Positions 22,729 to 34,449 of a DNA stretch of 64,000 nt are shown here, piece after piece. Position numbers and translations under genes: made by a program. Numbering within the stretch: position 1 is the first letter of the stretch; every line of letters starts with the position of its first letter. The DNA is from Naegleria gruberi. Its lineage: Eukaryota. The stretch is from assembly GCA_000004985.1 (NCBI GenBank), contig GG738848.1. One strand, given 5' to 3'. The notes beneath the pieces are model-generated. The model had not been told where the DNA came from. It saw nothing but the letters and a program-made list of their open reading frames with translations, and made no database searches.

Positions 22729-23002
22729 TTTTTTTAAATGATTTTGAAACGTTAGATTGTGGCGCCATTTGTATTGAACGTAACGGTTGTTATTAAACTA
22801 AATAACGATATTTCGGACTAAATATCAACTTCTAACTCTTAAAAATCTTGGAAACGTTGCGTCTACAGTAACTATTAATTCAAGGTAGTCTTGACATATC
22901 AAATCGTCAATCAACTTCTCAATTGATTTGAAAACTATCATAAACTAGTGCAGGCAAAAAAGTAACTGTTTGGGCTGCAAAAAAAATGTAGGATGCAAAA
23001 GA

Positions 23003-23075
23003 TGGGGTCTGTGAGGATCGAACTCACGACCTTAGGATTATGAGACCTACGCGCTACCGACTGCGCCAAGACCCC
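23003..23075 (-). tRNA. tRNA-Met, elongator type (anticodon CAT), copy 1 of 3
   Basis: The reverse complement folds as a cloverleaf: ggggtct..agacccc acceptor stem, anticodon loop ctCATaa, T loop gagttcgatcctc. It is identical to the copies at 48226 and 51541. Confidence 0.92.
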
Positions 23076-23252
23076 GACACATTAACTTCTTAAATCGGAA
23101 TATATTGAAACCCTCGTAGCTAGTTTAGATATATTTCTTTTGCTCACATGATAATTTCCTATCCAATTCTTTTTCTTTTTTTCAAATAATCATCTCTCAG
23201 CCATTTTACTTTGTTGCTGTTGTGCATTTTCAAAATTGCCTTATTAAAAAAA

Positions 23253-25412
23253 ATGAAACAAAAGCAAAATGCTGGATCTTCCACAACAACGAACGGAGGT
23301 GATTTTCCAAGCCTTCTCTCTCACACTGGACTAATGTTCAACAAGGGAAGTATTTGGATGGGATTTCGGGTGAATGGAAAAACATTCTATGTTGCACCAT
23401 TGATGGAGGATCACCATACGGAAGGTGTTAATTTTCAAAAGATGGATATTTCCGCACCATCATCACGATTTTTATTACTTGATGATATTTCATCATACGG
23501 AGTGGAAAATACAGAAGAACAGAGGACTATTCTCTACAAGAAATTGAACAACTTTCTCTTGAATAATGAACAAGAAATTAAACAAAAACTTGTTAAATTT
23601 TGGGATGAGAATGTTTCACCTGCAAGGTTATTTTCATTGGATGAATTGATTGCTTGTTTGGATTTGGAGCATGAGAAGATTTGTTCCGAGATTGGAAAAG
23701 TCATTTTGCAATTCTCTACATTCTACATTCTTACAGACATGCCACACTTTGAAAAATCCAAGCATGAAATGACATTTAAATCAATTTCTAGAGAACAACT
23801 AAGAGAAAGTACATTAAAGCTAAAATTCACTCACCAAATTGATAATATAACCAAGGGAGATGTAAATATAATTTTGGACCAAGAGGAGCTTATGATTTTG
23901 AAATACAGACTTTTGGAGTGTTTGATGGTTCAATCAGAAAGCAAATATTGGCATGAATTTTGTAAATATATTATTCCTAAAAACAAGACTATGGAAGGAA
24001 AGGTCAAATTTTGGTTGCACCACTTGGGAGTAGAGATTAGTTTACCTGAAGCATTAATTCTCAAATCAAATGTCTTCCCAGCAGAGTTGAATGACCTTGT
24101 AATTAAGTGTATTCTCAAAGTTGCTGACCCAAAGGAGTTGCATCACAAAATGAAGGATATTGTTCACTATACTGGCTACAAGGAAAAGATTCCAGAATTC
24201 ACAAAGGATTGGAGATATTACGATAATGTAATAACAATTGATTCGGAAGGAACTATGGACATTGACGATGCCATTAGTATTTTGGAGAGTAATTCAGATA
24301 GCCTTAAGGTAGCTGTGCACATAACCAATGTCGGTCACTTCCTCTATGAATATCTTGGAGAGAGTGATATTAACAAATTATTCCAGCATCATCTCTTTAG
24401 AGAAGCATCTAGAAAAGTTACCTCTCACTACATCTGCCTCCCAAAGGATTCTCCTCTCTTTAGAACTACTGATAATCACGAGAGACCACTGACAGTATTC
24501 CCGATGTTGCCACCTTCATTATCTGAGGATTTGCTCTCTTTGAAAACTGGAGAAAAAGTTGCAATTACTTATGAGTTTGATATGAAAGTTGGAGAACCTC
24601 CAATCCTTATCAATATTCATCCTTCCAGAGTGAACATTATTGAAAATACTACCTATGAAAAAGTTGAAACTCTATTCGACAGTGATGAGAATTGGGAAAA
24701 ACTCTATCAATACTGTGCCCAGCTCCAAACAAGTCGTCTCACAAATCAGCAAGTGGACAGACCTTACATTGTTCCTCATCCATCTAGTAATACTACAAGT
24801 GATTTGATTATTTCATCACGTAGAAGTCTAAAAGGAAGTATTGTTATTGGAGAATGTGCAATTTTAGTAGGATCACTTGTAGGAGAATATTTCTCAAAGA
24901 ATAACATTCCTGCTATTGCCAAAGTTTTTGAAGATGGCTTAACTAGAATTAAAATAAGCAACGGCTATTTATCCTCTCCTTACATTCAACAAACCAGTCC
25001 AGTCAGAAGATTTATTGATACAATCAATCAAATTCAATTATATTTACACTTGACAAGACAGGCAATTCTATCTGAAAATCAATTAGAACTATTCAAGGAG
25101 AAAATTGATTCAGAGACTCATAAATCACAAGATGTGGAAGATGATACAATCATGTATTGGGTACTTTGTAATTTGTGGGAAAATTACAAATATGATGAAA
25201 ATCAAGCATCTCAACCAAAACATCTAACAGGAATAGTTGGAAAACCAAAAGAAGGTAATCATGTTAAAATCAAATTAGATAAGGAAAGATTTTGTTCATT
25301 CAAAATACTCTGCTCTAACATTGATCCCAGTCTTTTAGATACAACCATACATTTCTTAATCGATTCAATAGATTGGGAAGAGTTAACTGTTAAAATAAAG
25401 CAGTTTGATTAG
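23253..25412 (+). CDS. RNB-domain 3'-5' exoribonuclease (RNase II/R family)
   Basis: The ORF starts at TTG 23211, and the first ATG is at 23253 after an A-run. The RNB motifs IDSEGTMDIDDAISI and TSPVRRFIDTINQIQL are present. Confidence 0.85.
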   Translation: MKQKQNAGSSTTTNGGDFPSLLSHTGLMFNKGSIWMGFRVNGKTFYVAPLMEDHHTEGVNFQKMDISAPSSRFLLLDDISSYGVENTEEQRTILYKKLNNFLLNNEQEIKQKLVKFWDENVSPARLFSLDELIACLDLEHEKICSEIGKVILQFSTFYILTDMPHFEKSKHEMTFKSISREQLRESTLKLKFTHQIDNITKGDVNIILDQEELMILKYRLLECLMVQSESKYWHEFCKYIIPKNKTMEGKVKFWLHHLGVEISLPEALILKSNVFPAELNDLVIKCILKVADPKELHHKMKDIVHYTGYKEKIPEFTKDWRYYDNVITIDSEGTMDIDDAISILESNSDSLKVAVHITNVGHFLYEYLGESDINKLFQHHLFREASRKVTSHYICLPKDSPLFRTTDNHERPLTVFPMLPPSLSEDLLSLKTGEKVAITYEFDMKVGEPPILINIHPSRVNIIENTTYEKVETLFDSDENWEKLYQYCAQLQTSRLTNQQVDRPYIVPHPSSNTTSDLIISSRRSLKGSIVIGECAILVGSLVGEYFSKNNIPAIAKVFEDGLTRIKISNGYLSSPYIQQTSPVRRFIDTINQIQLYLHLTRQAILSENQLELFKEKIDSETHKSQDVEDDTIMYWVLCNLWENYKYDENQASQPKHLTGIVGKPKEGNHVKIKLDKERFCSFKILCSNIDPSLLDTTIHFLIDSIDWEELTVKIKQFD

Positions 25413-25615
25413 TAATTGGACACAATTGGAGAATTTCAGTTTTTACAAGAGTTTACTTTTACATGAGTTTACAATAAACATTATAAGAGATCAACGGATC
25501 AACCGATTTGAGAATGGTAAAGTTATCAATTTACTTTTTCATTTCCAATGGCACCTTTCTTTATTTACACATTTCCCATTTATTACTCCAAACCTTTCTT
25601 CTACAAACCAAAAAA

Positions 25616-26782
25616 ATGATTGGAAATCCAAATCCCAATCACTCTGATTCTCCTCCAACAACAACTACCAATTACTATTCAACAATAAATTCAAACTCTG
25701 ACAAGGAATCTTCATCATGCTCCAATAACAATTCGAATAGAAACTATTTGGAATCTATTCAAGCATCCAATGATATGTATCTTGTCCTATTTAAACAAGG
25801 ACTCTACTCCAACTCAACCATTACAATCAATAATGTGCAATATAAGGTTCATCGAGAGATTTTAATGGCCACGAGTGGATTATTCAGTGGTTACTTTTCT
25901 GGAGAGTTTGATGTTGATACTCAGTGGAATATTGAGGTTAAAGATTTGTTTGATGAGATTGCTTCTGTGGAAATGATTGATTTGGTCTTCAAGATTATGT
26001 ATAATAGTTATTGTAACTTTTGTAATGTTGTGGGAAAGAATGATTTTAGTGTTTCGTCTGATATTACAAGAGAAAATCTATTGGAAAGATTGAATTTACA
26101 TTACATTCTCAAATTCTTTTGTTATAATTGTATTGATGAGTATGATCCACATTTGGACAGATTAAAAGATGATTTCCAAAAACTATTCGAAAGATTGCAC
26201 ATTACCTACTCTATCATTCATAACAAGACAAAAATGAATTGGAAAGAAACCTTCCCAACAAGAAACATTGAAGAATCGGTTTATCTACTCAATCGTTACT
26301 TGGAAATCTTTCGAGATAAATCAGTCGAAAGAATGATCAAGTTCGATTCCAAGATTATCATCTATAATGGATTGAGATATAGCCATGGAGATAACGACTT
26401 TTGGATTGCCTACTTGTATCTCAATGTAATGGCTCCAATATTTGGTCAATCAATGAGCAGTAATCCAATTCTTAGAAAAGTTAAGAGAATTCCACATTTA
26501 GATTTAATTTGCTTTAGAAATTTATTATCCATGGACGAAAGTTATTTATTCCTTGCTCCATTAATTGATTTTGATAGTGAAATATTGAGAAATATTGTAA
26601 ATAAGAATGAATTCAATCGTTACAATGAAGATGAAATGAAACAAGCAGAAATTCAAATGGTCACTGATTGTCACATCAACTTTCCACATTCAATTTCACA
26701 TTATTTACTTTCTCTCTTCTTTTCCTCAAGCTTGGTTTTGAAAAATATGCAAAAATCACCTTCTAAAACATCTCTTCCATAA
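25616..26782 (+). CDS. BTB/POZ domain protein
   Basis: BTB-like segment: YSNSTITINNVQYKVHREILMATSGLFSGYFSGEF. I chose the start at ATG 25616, which follows an A-run. An upstream ATG at 25514 encodes an implausible hydrophobic leader. Confidence 0.7.
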   Translation: MIGNPNPNHSDSPPTTTTNYYSTINSNSDKESSSCSNNNSNRNYLESIQASNDMYLVLFKQGLYSNSTITINNVQYKVHREILMATSGLFSGYFSGEFDVDTQWNIEVKDLFDEIASVEMIDLVFKIMYNSYCNFCNVVGKNDFSVSSDITRENLLERLNLHYILKFFCYNCIDEYDPHLDRLKDDFQKLFERLHITYSIIHNKTKMNWKETFPTRNIEESVYLLNRYLEIFRDKSVERMIKFDSKIIIYNGLRYSHGDNDFWIAYLYLNVMAPIFGQSMSSNPILRKVKRIPHLDLICFRNLLSMDESYLFLAPLIDFDSEILRNIVNKNEFNRYNEDEMKQAEIQMVTDCHINFPHSISHYLLSLFFSSSLVLKNMQKSPSKTSLP

Positions 26783-26799
26783 GAATCTAATATTTATTA

Positions 26800-29694
26800 T
26801 TACTTGAGATATTTGTTAATCTTGGTACAGAGTTTTGTGGCAACTGACATTATACTCAATTCGACGCTACCTCCATAACACTTGTTATATTGACAGCTAT
26901 TTCCATAATAAAAGGAGTTACATGAACAAGTATTCAGATTAATGCAAGATCCAACTCCATTACAAACATTACTAGCATTGGATGCAATTCCAAAACATTG
27001 ATAATTTTCACACATTGAACCACTATATCCAGTATTGCATTGGCAATTATTCATTGATTTACAAATACCCCTTCCTCCACAAACAGTTGTCTGATTGGAA
27101 AATGTTCCATTACATGTGAAAACTTCACAATTGTCACCATAATATCCAGTAATGCAGGTACATGTTCCAGATTGCTGGCATACGCCATTTCCTGAGCAAA
27201 CACTTGCATTGGTTGAGGCAATTCCTCCACAATACCAATCAGATTTGGCCAAAGCAGATGCAAATGATCTTCCAGGAGCAATCATGTAGGGCACGAGTCC
27301 TTCAAAGTGAGATTTCGTATAGAGTAATGATGGTGAGCTAACATAGGAAGTTCCTTCCAATAAAGAAGTTTGATAGTACTCATTTTCTCCCATAGCATAA
27401 ACATTACCTGACTTGGTAATGAAATAATAAGCAGTATGGCTTGCAAATATGTCAACTACAATTTCTGGAATATTAAGAATCAGTCCACCATTTTTAAACA
27501 TGGTCACTGAGCCATCAGTTCTCAAAGCAATCACATGTGAACCAACTGCAAGCTTCCTAACGGGATATGAATAATCCAAGTTGATCAATGTTAATGTTGA
27601 TAAGAAGTTAGCTGTTCCTGTTGTTATTTCATTCTTTTGATTGATTCCACATCCATATACAGTTCCATTTTGAGTTAAAATGAATGTCAACTTGTGTCCA
27701 GCATAAATTTCTTGAATAGTATGTCCATCATTAGTGAGTGAGGTCAAATCAACGCTTGTGATTGAGGTGGCTGAAGTGGAATATCCTGGAATTTGCCCTT
27801 CATAACTTGCACCAACTAAGTTACAAAATTATGTGAAATTTAAAATTTCAAATTCTTAACACAACTTACCAGCAAAAAGCATACCATTACGAAGAAGGAA
27901 CAATGAATGATCATAACCTGCAGCTACAGACTTGATTGGATATGGAAGATCTCCATAAAGATTCAAATTAATAAGACTTGTCGAAGTAGAAGTACCACCA
28001 TCTCCCAATTGATAATTATATCCAGCTCCATAAGAGTACCCTTGTCCACTAATTCTGTCCATAATCAATACATGAGAATCTGTAAGGGCAAAATCAGTGA
28101 AATTTTGATTCAAGAAAACAGATGAATCTATTGATGTCACATCAAATACAGGAATAAACAATGCTTTTTGTGACAGATCCATACCATTGGTACAATTACC
28201 CCATAATTTGTTGTTAAATGTTGGATATTGAGTGTCCAATAGAAGTGTACATCCATAACCTGCCTTAATTTGAGGATTATTTCCTAAAATTGCTGCAGCT
28301 GTTATCTTTGTTGGTTTTTGAACTATCTTAGGATCTCCAATACATGATTGGCCAAGATTGTTAGCTCCAAAATAGTACCATCCATCACTTGCAATAATGT
28401 ATCCATTATTGGTTAACAAAGAAGCTTTCAAAACAGTAAACCCTCCTGAAATAGTTTGAAATCCACTATTTTCTGTTCCCTTTTCCTCTGAATATCCCCA
28501 TGAATAGACATTATTCTGATCATCTATACACATAGAGGCATATCTAGAACATGAACAATCCACTATTGGATTAGTAAATAAATAGGTCAAATTAAGTGGA
28601 GCAGTAACTGTATAAACTGAAGTTGGATCCACTTGCCCATAACCATTTCCTCCAAATCCATAAACTCTATGTTGATCTGTCAGTACCAAAACATGCTGAT
28701 TTCCATAACATGTCTTGATCACTTTTCCATCAATGGCTGGTATTGGAACTTGAACTGGAGTTGAATATGGAGCATCATCAATTCCTGATCCAAATCCATT
28801 AGAATTCATGCCCATCATGTACATTTTACCATCAGTATCTACAAATGTCACTGATGTTTTACTGGCAAGATAGGTCAACATGACATAATCTGCCAAACCA
28901 TTAATATATGTAACATTCTTAATGGATGCAATAATTTGAGGAGTCCATGTGATGAGTGAATCATCTCCATAACCTCTAGTTCCATAATTGTAATATCCCC
29001 ACGAATGAACAAATCCACCTGTGGTGAGAACAAACATTGTCTCTCCTTTTTTGAGATCTCCAGCCACTGCAACCATCTTACATTTGTAATCACTTGGATC
29101 GAGCTCATTTGATGGAAGAGTTACCAAACTCCACTCCTTACTAGTTCCATTCTTCCAATAAACACTACCATCACTCAAACAAGCCAAACAAGAGATGGCA
29201 CACTGAATGTGTGAAATGTTTTTTGAGGTCATTGGATTGTAAACTCTCTGATCAGTTCTGTAAACATAAATTGATTGTAATTCCGAGCTCATAAAAGGTG
29301 GAGCTTGCTCATGAATTCCAGAAACTCCATTCTGATTATTTCCACATGTGAAAATGTGTTGTCCAAGAAAAGAATTCGTTACGTTATTGTAAAAATTAAC
29401 AACATAATAATTGTAAAAGTATCCATTGATAATGTGAGGAAGATCAAGAGTTACTCCACTCGTTGATCCGAAGGCTTTCTGATAGGATTCCTCTGGATTC
29501 GTTTGAAACATCCTGGTTAAATAGGAATTATAAAGAGGATACAATGTTGATTCTTTCAGTGCAGTTGCTCTTTGACCAGCTTCTCCAAAGTTATTCTTTC
29601 CCCATGAAAATACTTGTGATGATGCAACAAGTTTCGTTAGCAATAACAAACACAGACAGATGGCAACGTATTTCAATAGTTGTTTGAGTGACAT
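26800..29694 (-). CDS. Signal-peptide protein with RCC1-like beta-propeller repeats followed by tenascin-type EGF-like Cys repeats
   Basis: Exons 27870..29694 and 26800..27815. The intron 27816..27869 is 54 nt (GTAAGT..TAG), with phase 1 preserved. The N-terminal signal sequence is MSLKQLLKYVAICLCLLLLTKLVASS. GxxxxGQLG-like repeats are present (FSWGKNNFGEAGQ, YGFGGNGYGQV, YYFGANNLGQS, YSYGAGYNYQLGDG). The C-terminus carries 3-4 repeats of the CxGxGxC...CxCxxGYxGxxC type. Confidence 0.85.
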
Positions 29695-29803
29695 TTTTTT
29701 AACCGTGTCTGTTGGTTAGATTATACTCCTAAAACGGAATGGTTTACTTTGTTCCCAAGTTCTTCTTAAATTGAGCTACTTGTTTATATTTTACAATTGA
29801 TAT

Positions 29804-30727
29804 TTAGAATTTAGGTTTAACTCCATGTTGTTGTTTTAAATCCAATAAATCTTCTCTCAATTCTTTGATCACTTGTGGATTTGAGTTGGCTATCATATAT
29901 ACATATTGTTTCATTACTCCAGTTTCTGGATCGATTGTGGTAACGGCATCTCTTTTCATTCTTTCACTTGCAGTTCTCAAAAGTCCAAAATCTTGATATT
30001 TAACTCTTGCCTTAACTTCATTTGAATTATAATTCAAAAACTTTAAAGTGAAACGATCAGCCATGTCAGTTCTATTCAATAAGAAACTCTTCCAGAAAAA
30101 TCCAGCCAAAGGCATGTGAACCTTGAATCCCAATTCATTATCGAGAATTAAATTTCTAAAATCTGTAATTGTATCAACAACATTTCCAGAATCATCAAAT
30201 AAATAAAGAACCTTATTCTTACTATCATATTCCAATTTGGTAAGGACACAAATTTTGTGATTAATATTATTAACATGTGATGAATAACTCAGGTAGGAAC
30301 TTCCCATTAACCACAAACAACAAATGAACCAATTTACATTAATATCCAATTCATAGATTGTATAAAGCATTCCTGTGGTTGCCAAGGCATTCAAAATGTG
30401 AGTCTTATTAATTTGATAGGGTTGGATTATGAATCTGTGTACCAGATTATTATATTTTGAATTGTAGAGAATGATTGATTGATTTTCTGTAGTGCTACTA
30501 TTGGCTTCATCTGTACTGTTCTCTGATGAGGTTGCTTCTGATGTTGTTGTTCTTTTAAAAAGGCTTGAAACGAAATTTCCTCTCTGATTAGTATTTAACA
30601 TCATGCTTCCTCCAGAGATTAGCATTGATTTATAATTACTTCCCAAGAGATTTATCTTCCGAAGTGTTGTTGATGCCGATGACGATGATCGCAACGATGA
30701 ATAAACCAAAGATGAAATTCTTCTCAT
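29804..30727 (-). CDS. Hypothetical protein with probable mitochondrial presequence and a hydrophobic hairpin
   Basis: The ORF starts at GTG 30736, and the first ATG is at 30727 (MRRISSLVYSSLRSSSSASTTLRK). The hydrophobic pair is ALATTGMLYTIY..WFICCLWLMGSSYL. The domain is not identified; any similarity to the TMEM70/TMEM186 family is only a guess. Confidence 0.5.
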   Translation of the reverse strand: MRRISSLVYSSLRSSSSASTTLRKINLLGSNYKSMLISGGSMMLNTNQRGNFVSSLFKRTTTSEATSSENSTDEANSSTTENQSIILYNSKYNNLVHRFIIQPYQINKTHILNALATTGMLYTIYELDINVNWFICCLWLMGSSYLSYSSHVNNINHKICVLTKLEYDSKNKVLYLFDDSGNVVDTITDFRNLILDNELGFKVHMPLAGFFWKSFLLNRTDMADRFTLKFLNYNSNEVKARVKYQDFGLLRTASERMKRDAVTTIDPETGVMKQYVYMIANSNPQVIKELREDLLDLKQQHGVKPKF

Positions 30728-31468
30728 TTTGTTCACTTGATTTTTTTTAAGCTTGGAAAATTAATTTTGATTGTTTTTTCTTTTTTAAAATGATTTTGAC
30801 CATCTTTTTGATAGGTTTGATAGGTAGGACAAGGAATGGTTGATTAGTGGAAGAGTTACAAGTGTGAAAAGGTTAGTTTTAGTATTATCTAATACCTCGG
30901 ATGGTGTGCAAGAAATTCACATGATTTTTTCCAGTTGGTTGTATTGAAAATTATTAGCTAGTGTCATTATCTTTGCTGACATTCCCTAAAAGGAAATATG
31001 GCTCGTGTTATTGAATATTCTTTTCTTTGATAACGGACGAAGTGTAACACAAGAATTTTGAACGCCCTGAAGTCCAGATGAACCATCCATAATGTTCTCT
31101 GTTCTTCCTCTTCCTTGCCTCACCCATCTGCCAACCATCAAATTGACATTAAAACAAAAACCAACCCACTCACTCCATCATACGAGATAAGATCTAATAC
31201 TCCATACCAATTAGACTTTCCAGTGAGACAATTCTGTCAAAACAACTCTTCTTCACAGTCATCGATTGTCATCAAATCACAAAGAAAAAAAAAATTTCAA
31301 GTGTCGTTGCTGTCATCGACAACGAAAAACTTTCACTCTCTCTCTTTTTATTGAAATAATATAACTTTTCTCACTCCCTCTCGATCGACAAATTCTAACG
31401 ACGAACAACATCACCCACAGTATAATACTTAAATACCAAGTTGACTTTTTTAATACTCCTTTTACAAT

Positions 31469-34344
31469 ATGAGTAAAACCTACGATAAGGAAAAGAGAAA
31501 AAAAATCTTTGATGAAATTATTGATACTGAAGAGAAGTATTTACTTTCATTGGAGACGCTGAATAAGGTTTGTTTTTTCCGCATCAAATTCTTTTAATGA
31601 TGTTGATGGTGATGATAATTTTTATTATTGTTGTTGTATTTAATATTTAATTATTGTTGTATTAATGATGATGATGATGTTTTTTATTGTTGTTGTTGTT
31701 GTTGCTATATTATAATGATGATAATGATGGAAACTAACTCTCCGTAAAATTGTTGAAACTTTACAATATTAAATACTATTATATATAATATAATAACAAT
31801 TATTACAACGACGTGATATAGAATTATATTGTACCATTAAAAAAGAACAAGTACTTGAAATTTGGTAGAGAACTCAACTCTATTGTATCCAATCTGACAG
31901 TTATTGTCAATTTTAATAATCACTTGCTTTCTAAACTAAAACAAACGAATGAAGACGATATTGGTAAAACTTTCCAAATGATAATTCCCTTCCTAAAGAC
32001 CTACACCCAGTACTTTAGTAATTATGAAGCAGCATTGAATAGTATTAGGGAGGCAGATAAAAATCCAAAAAACAAACGATTTTCTGAATGGTTGAAAAAG
32101 ACTGATGATCGTGCTAAGGAACAGGGTCAACAAACTTTTAAACAATTATTGATTCAACCTGTTCAACGTATTCCAGTATGTTTTTTATTATATTCATTTC
32201 AGTTTTTAATAACTAACTCATACTCATTTAAATATATATTTAATTGTAAATCATATTCATTTAAATATTTGCATACATGTAAATGATTTGATTTGCCACA
32301 TTGTAACTTGTTAATAATTCTATCAAATGCAACTCTGTGAAATGTTGATATATCTATTCGAATGTATTAAATACAGCGTTACAATTTACTTTTATCGGAA
32401 GTTTTGAAGAATACACCAAAAACTCATGTCGATTATGAAAATTTGAGAAGTGCATCAGATAAGATGAAAGAAGTTGCAGATCACTTGAATAGACAAATTA
32501 CAGAAATTGAAAATAGAAACAAACTAATCAAATTGAAAGAAATTTTCGTTTTGAATAACACAGGCAAAGGTGTCATGACTAATATCGTTGAACCTCATCG
32601 TAAATATGTATTTGAAGGAGAGTTACATGTTTTGAGTGAAACTTCATCTATTAACAAGCAGAAGCATTACTTTTTCTTATTTAGTGATATTATGGTTTGT
32701 TGTAAGGAAGTTCCAGAAGAATTAAAGAGGAAATTAATTGAAGAAAAAAAGGCAGCTCAACAAAGTCAAGCTAATTCGAAAAAACTTGGAGGTCTCAAAA
32801 TATTTTCACGTAAATCGGATGCTGGTAACTCAGATACTGACCATAATCAATTTGGTGCATTTGATGATGATGAAAACGAAATTCCAGATCATTTCTATAC
32901 TATAACATTTACAATCAAATTTACTGATAAAATTGGAACGGGTAATACACCTGTCAGTTCACCAATGATGGCTGCCTCCACTCCAACAAGTCCTTCAATG
33001 GAAAGCTCAACCAACGTTGAAGAAATATGGGTCCGTGACTTTTCATTCATGGAAGGACGAAATTTCCAATTCCCAAATATTTTCCAATTGATAACAGGAA
33101 CTGAAACTTATACATTTGAATCAACTGATGCCAAGTCACGTGAGAAATGGGTTAACCATTTGAATAATACTTTGGATGAATTGAAAAAGAAGAAGAAAGA
33201 CACAACCAAAGATCGTGCAAAGGCAAAAGGTTTTCCAGTTGTTATGGTCAACTCGGCAGCTCTTGTTATTCAAGCTCTTGCTCGTGGTAAATTAACAAGA
33301 GGCAAGAAGGGAGACGTTGAAAATAGATTCAAACCTAGAAAGAAGACCACTAAGTTGAACACTAATCCATTAGGTGCTACTTCTCCATCTTCACCTACAG
33401 CTGATTCTATACCTACTGGACCTGTCACAATTGACCATACTGATGTTAATGTGACTGCTCCACCAGAAAAATCACCTAGACCAGTTGAAGAACCAATTGC
33501 AAAAGTTGAAGAACCAGTCACCAAACCAATTACACCACGTGTCATTGATGAAAATCCATCTCAAGAACCAACTAGTGTTATTGATGCTGCCACTATTCCA
33601 CCACAAACAAATGTCGTAGAAGAACCACAAGAAACATCAAAACCAGTAGAAGAACCAAAGCAAGTTGAAGTTGAAAAGCCAGTGGAAGAACCAATTGTGG
33701 AGAAACCAACAGAACCAGTTACAGAGCCATACGAGGACAATACTTCTACCACAACAACAGAAGAGGAACCAAAACCTGTTGAACCTGAAGTTGTGGATTC
33801 AGCAACAGTCGAAGAACCAAAGGTCAAGCAACCTGAAATTGAGGAACCAAAGCAACAAGTTGATCCAGGTATTACAACAACAATTGAAGAACCTGAAGAT
33901 GAAGAACCTGCCACACAGACAACTCCTGAATCAACCAATAATGATGCCATTAAGAAATCTCCTCGTGAATCCATCTCTGACGGTCTGAGATCACCTCTCT
34001 CCAGTCCAAGACTTTACAGAAAGGACAGTAATGAGGAATTCAAATCACCAACCAAAGAAGAAGATGAAGAAGTATACTTTGATGAGGAAGGAAATGTCTT
34101 ACCACCTTGGAAGGTTGAACTCATGAAGAAATTCAAAAAGTCAGGCAAATTCAATGCCATTCTTGCTCAACAAAATGATAACAAGAAGGTTGAAAAGAAG
34201 ATTGACATGCCAAATAAGAAGTTGCAATTAAATGCAATTCGTTCCATGTTTGAGGAGAAGGATAAACTTGCCAAAGAAGAAATGCACACTTTACGAAAGG
34301 CAAAGGAAAGTCCACAAAATACTTCATCTTCCTCTTTGAAATAA
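31469..34344 (+). CDS. RhoGEF (DH-PH) protein with IQ-like motif and PEVK-like acidic Pro/Glu repeat tail
   Basis: Exons 31469..31567, 31822..32175 and 32377..34344. The introns are 254 nt and 201 nt (GTTTGT..TAG and GTATGT..CAG), both phase 0. DH motifs span the junctions: IFDEIIDTEEKYLLSLETLNK | NYIVPL ... LIQPVQRIP | RYNLLLSEVLKNTPKTHVDYENL. A PH-like region follows (HYFFLFSDIMVCCK). The IQ-like motif is AALVIQALARGKLTRGKK. (V/I)EEP(K/I) repeats run through 33480..33930. Confidence 0.88.
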
Positions 34345-34449
34345 ATGTTTATTACAATTTTAAAATAATTCAATGTAATATATTCTAATATTAGTCTTTG
34401 ATGATTCAAGAACCAATACTATTTGTAATAGTGTTCATTGAATTTACAA

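Noticed and set aside
31115-31354. ORF 31115..31354 (+) upstream of the RhoGEF gene
   Set aside because: It starts at a non-ATG codon, has low-complexity content and lies in the probable 5' leader or promoter. It shows no homology features.
33270-33988. ORFs 33270..33545 (-), 33561..33974 (-) and 33665..33988 (+) within the RhoGEF tail
   Set aside because: They overlap the GAA/CCA-rich PEVK-like repeat of the RhoGEF CDS in other frames or on the other strand. They are low-complexity artefacts with no independent start context.
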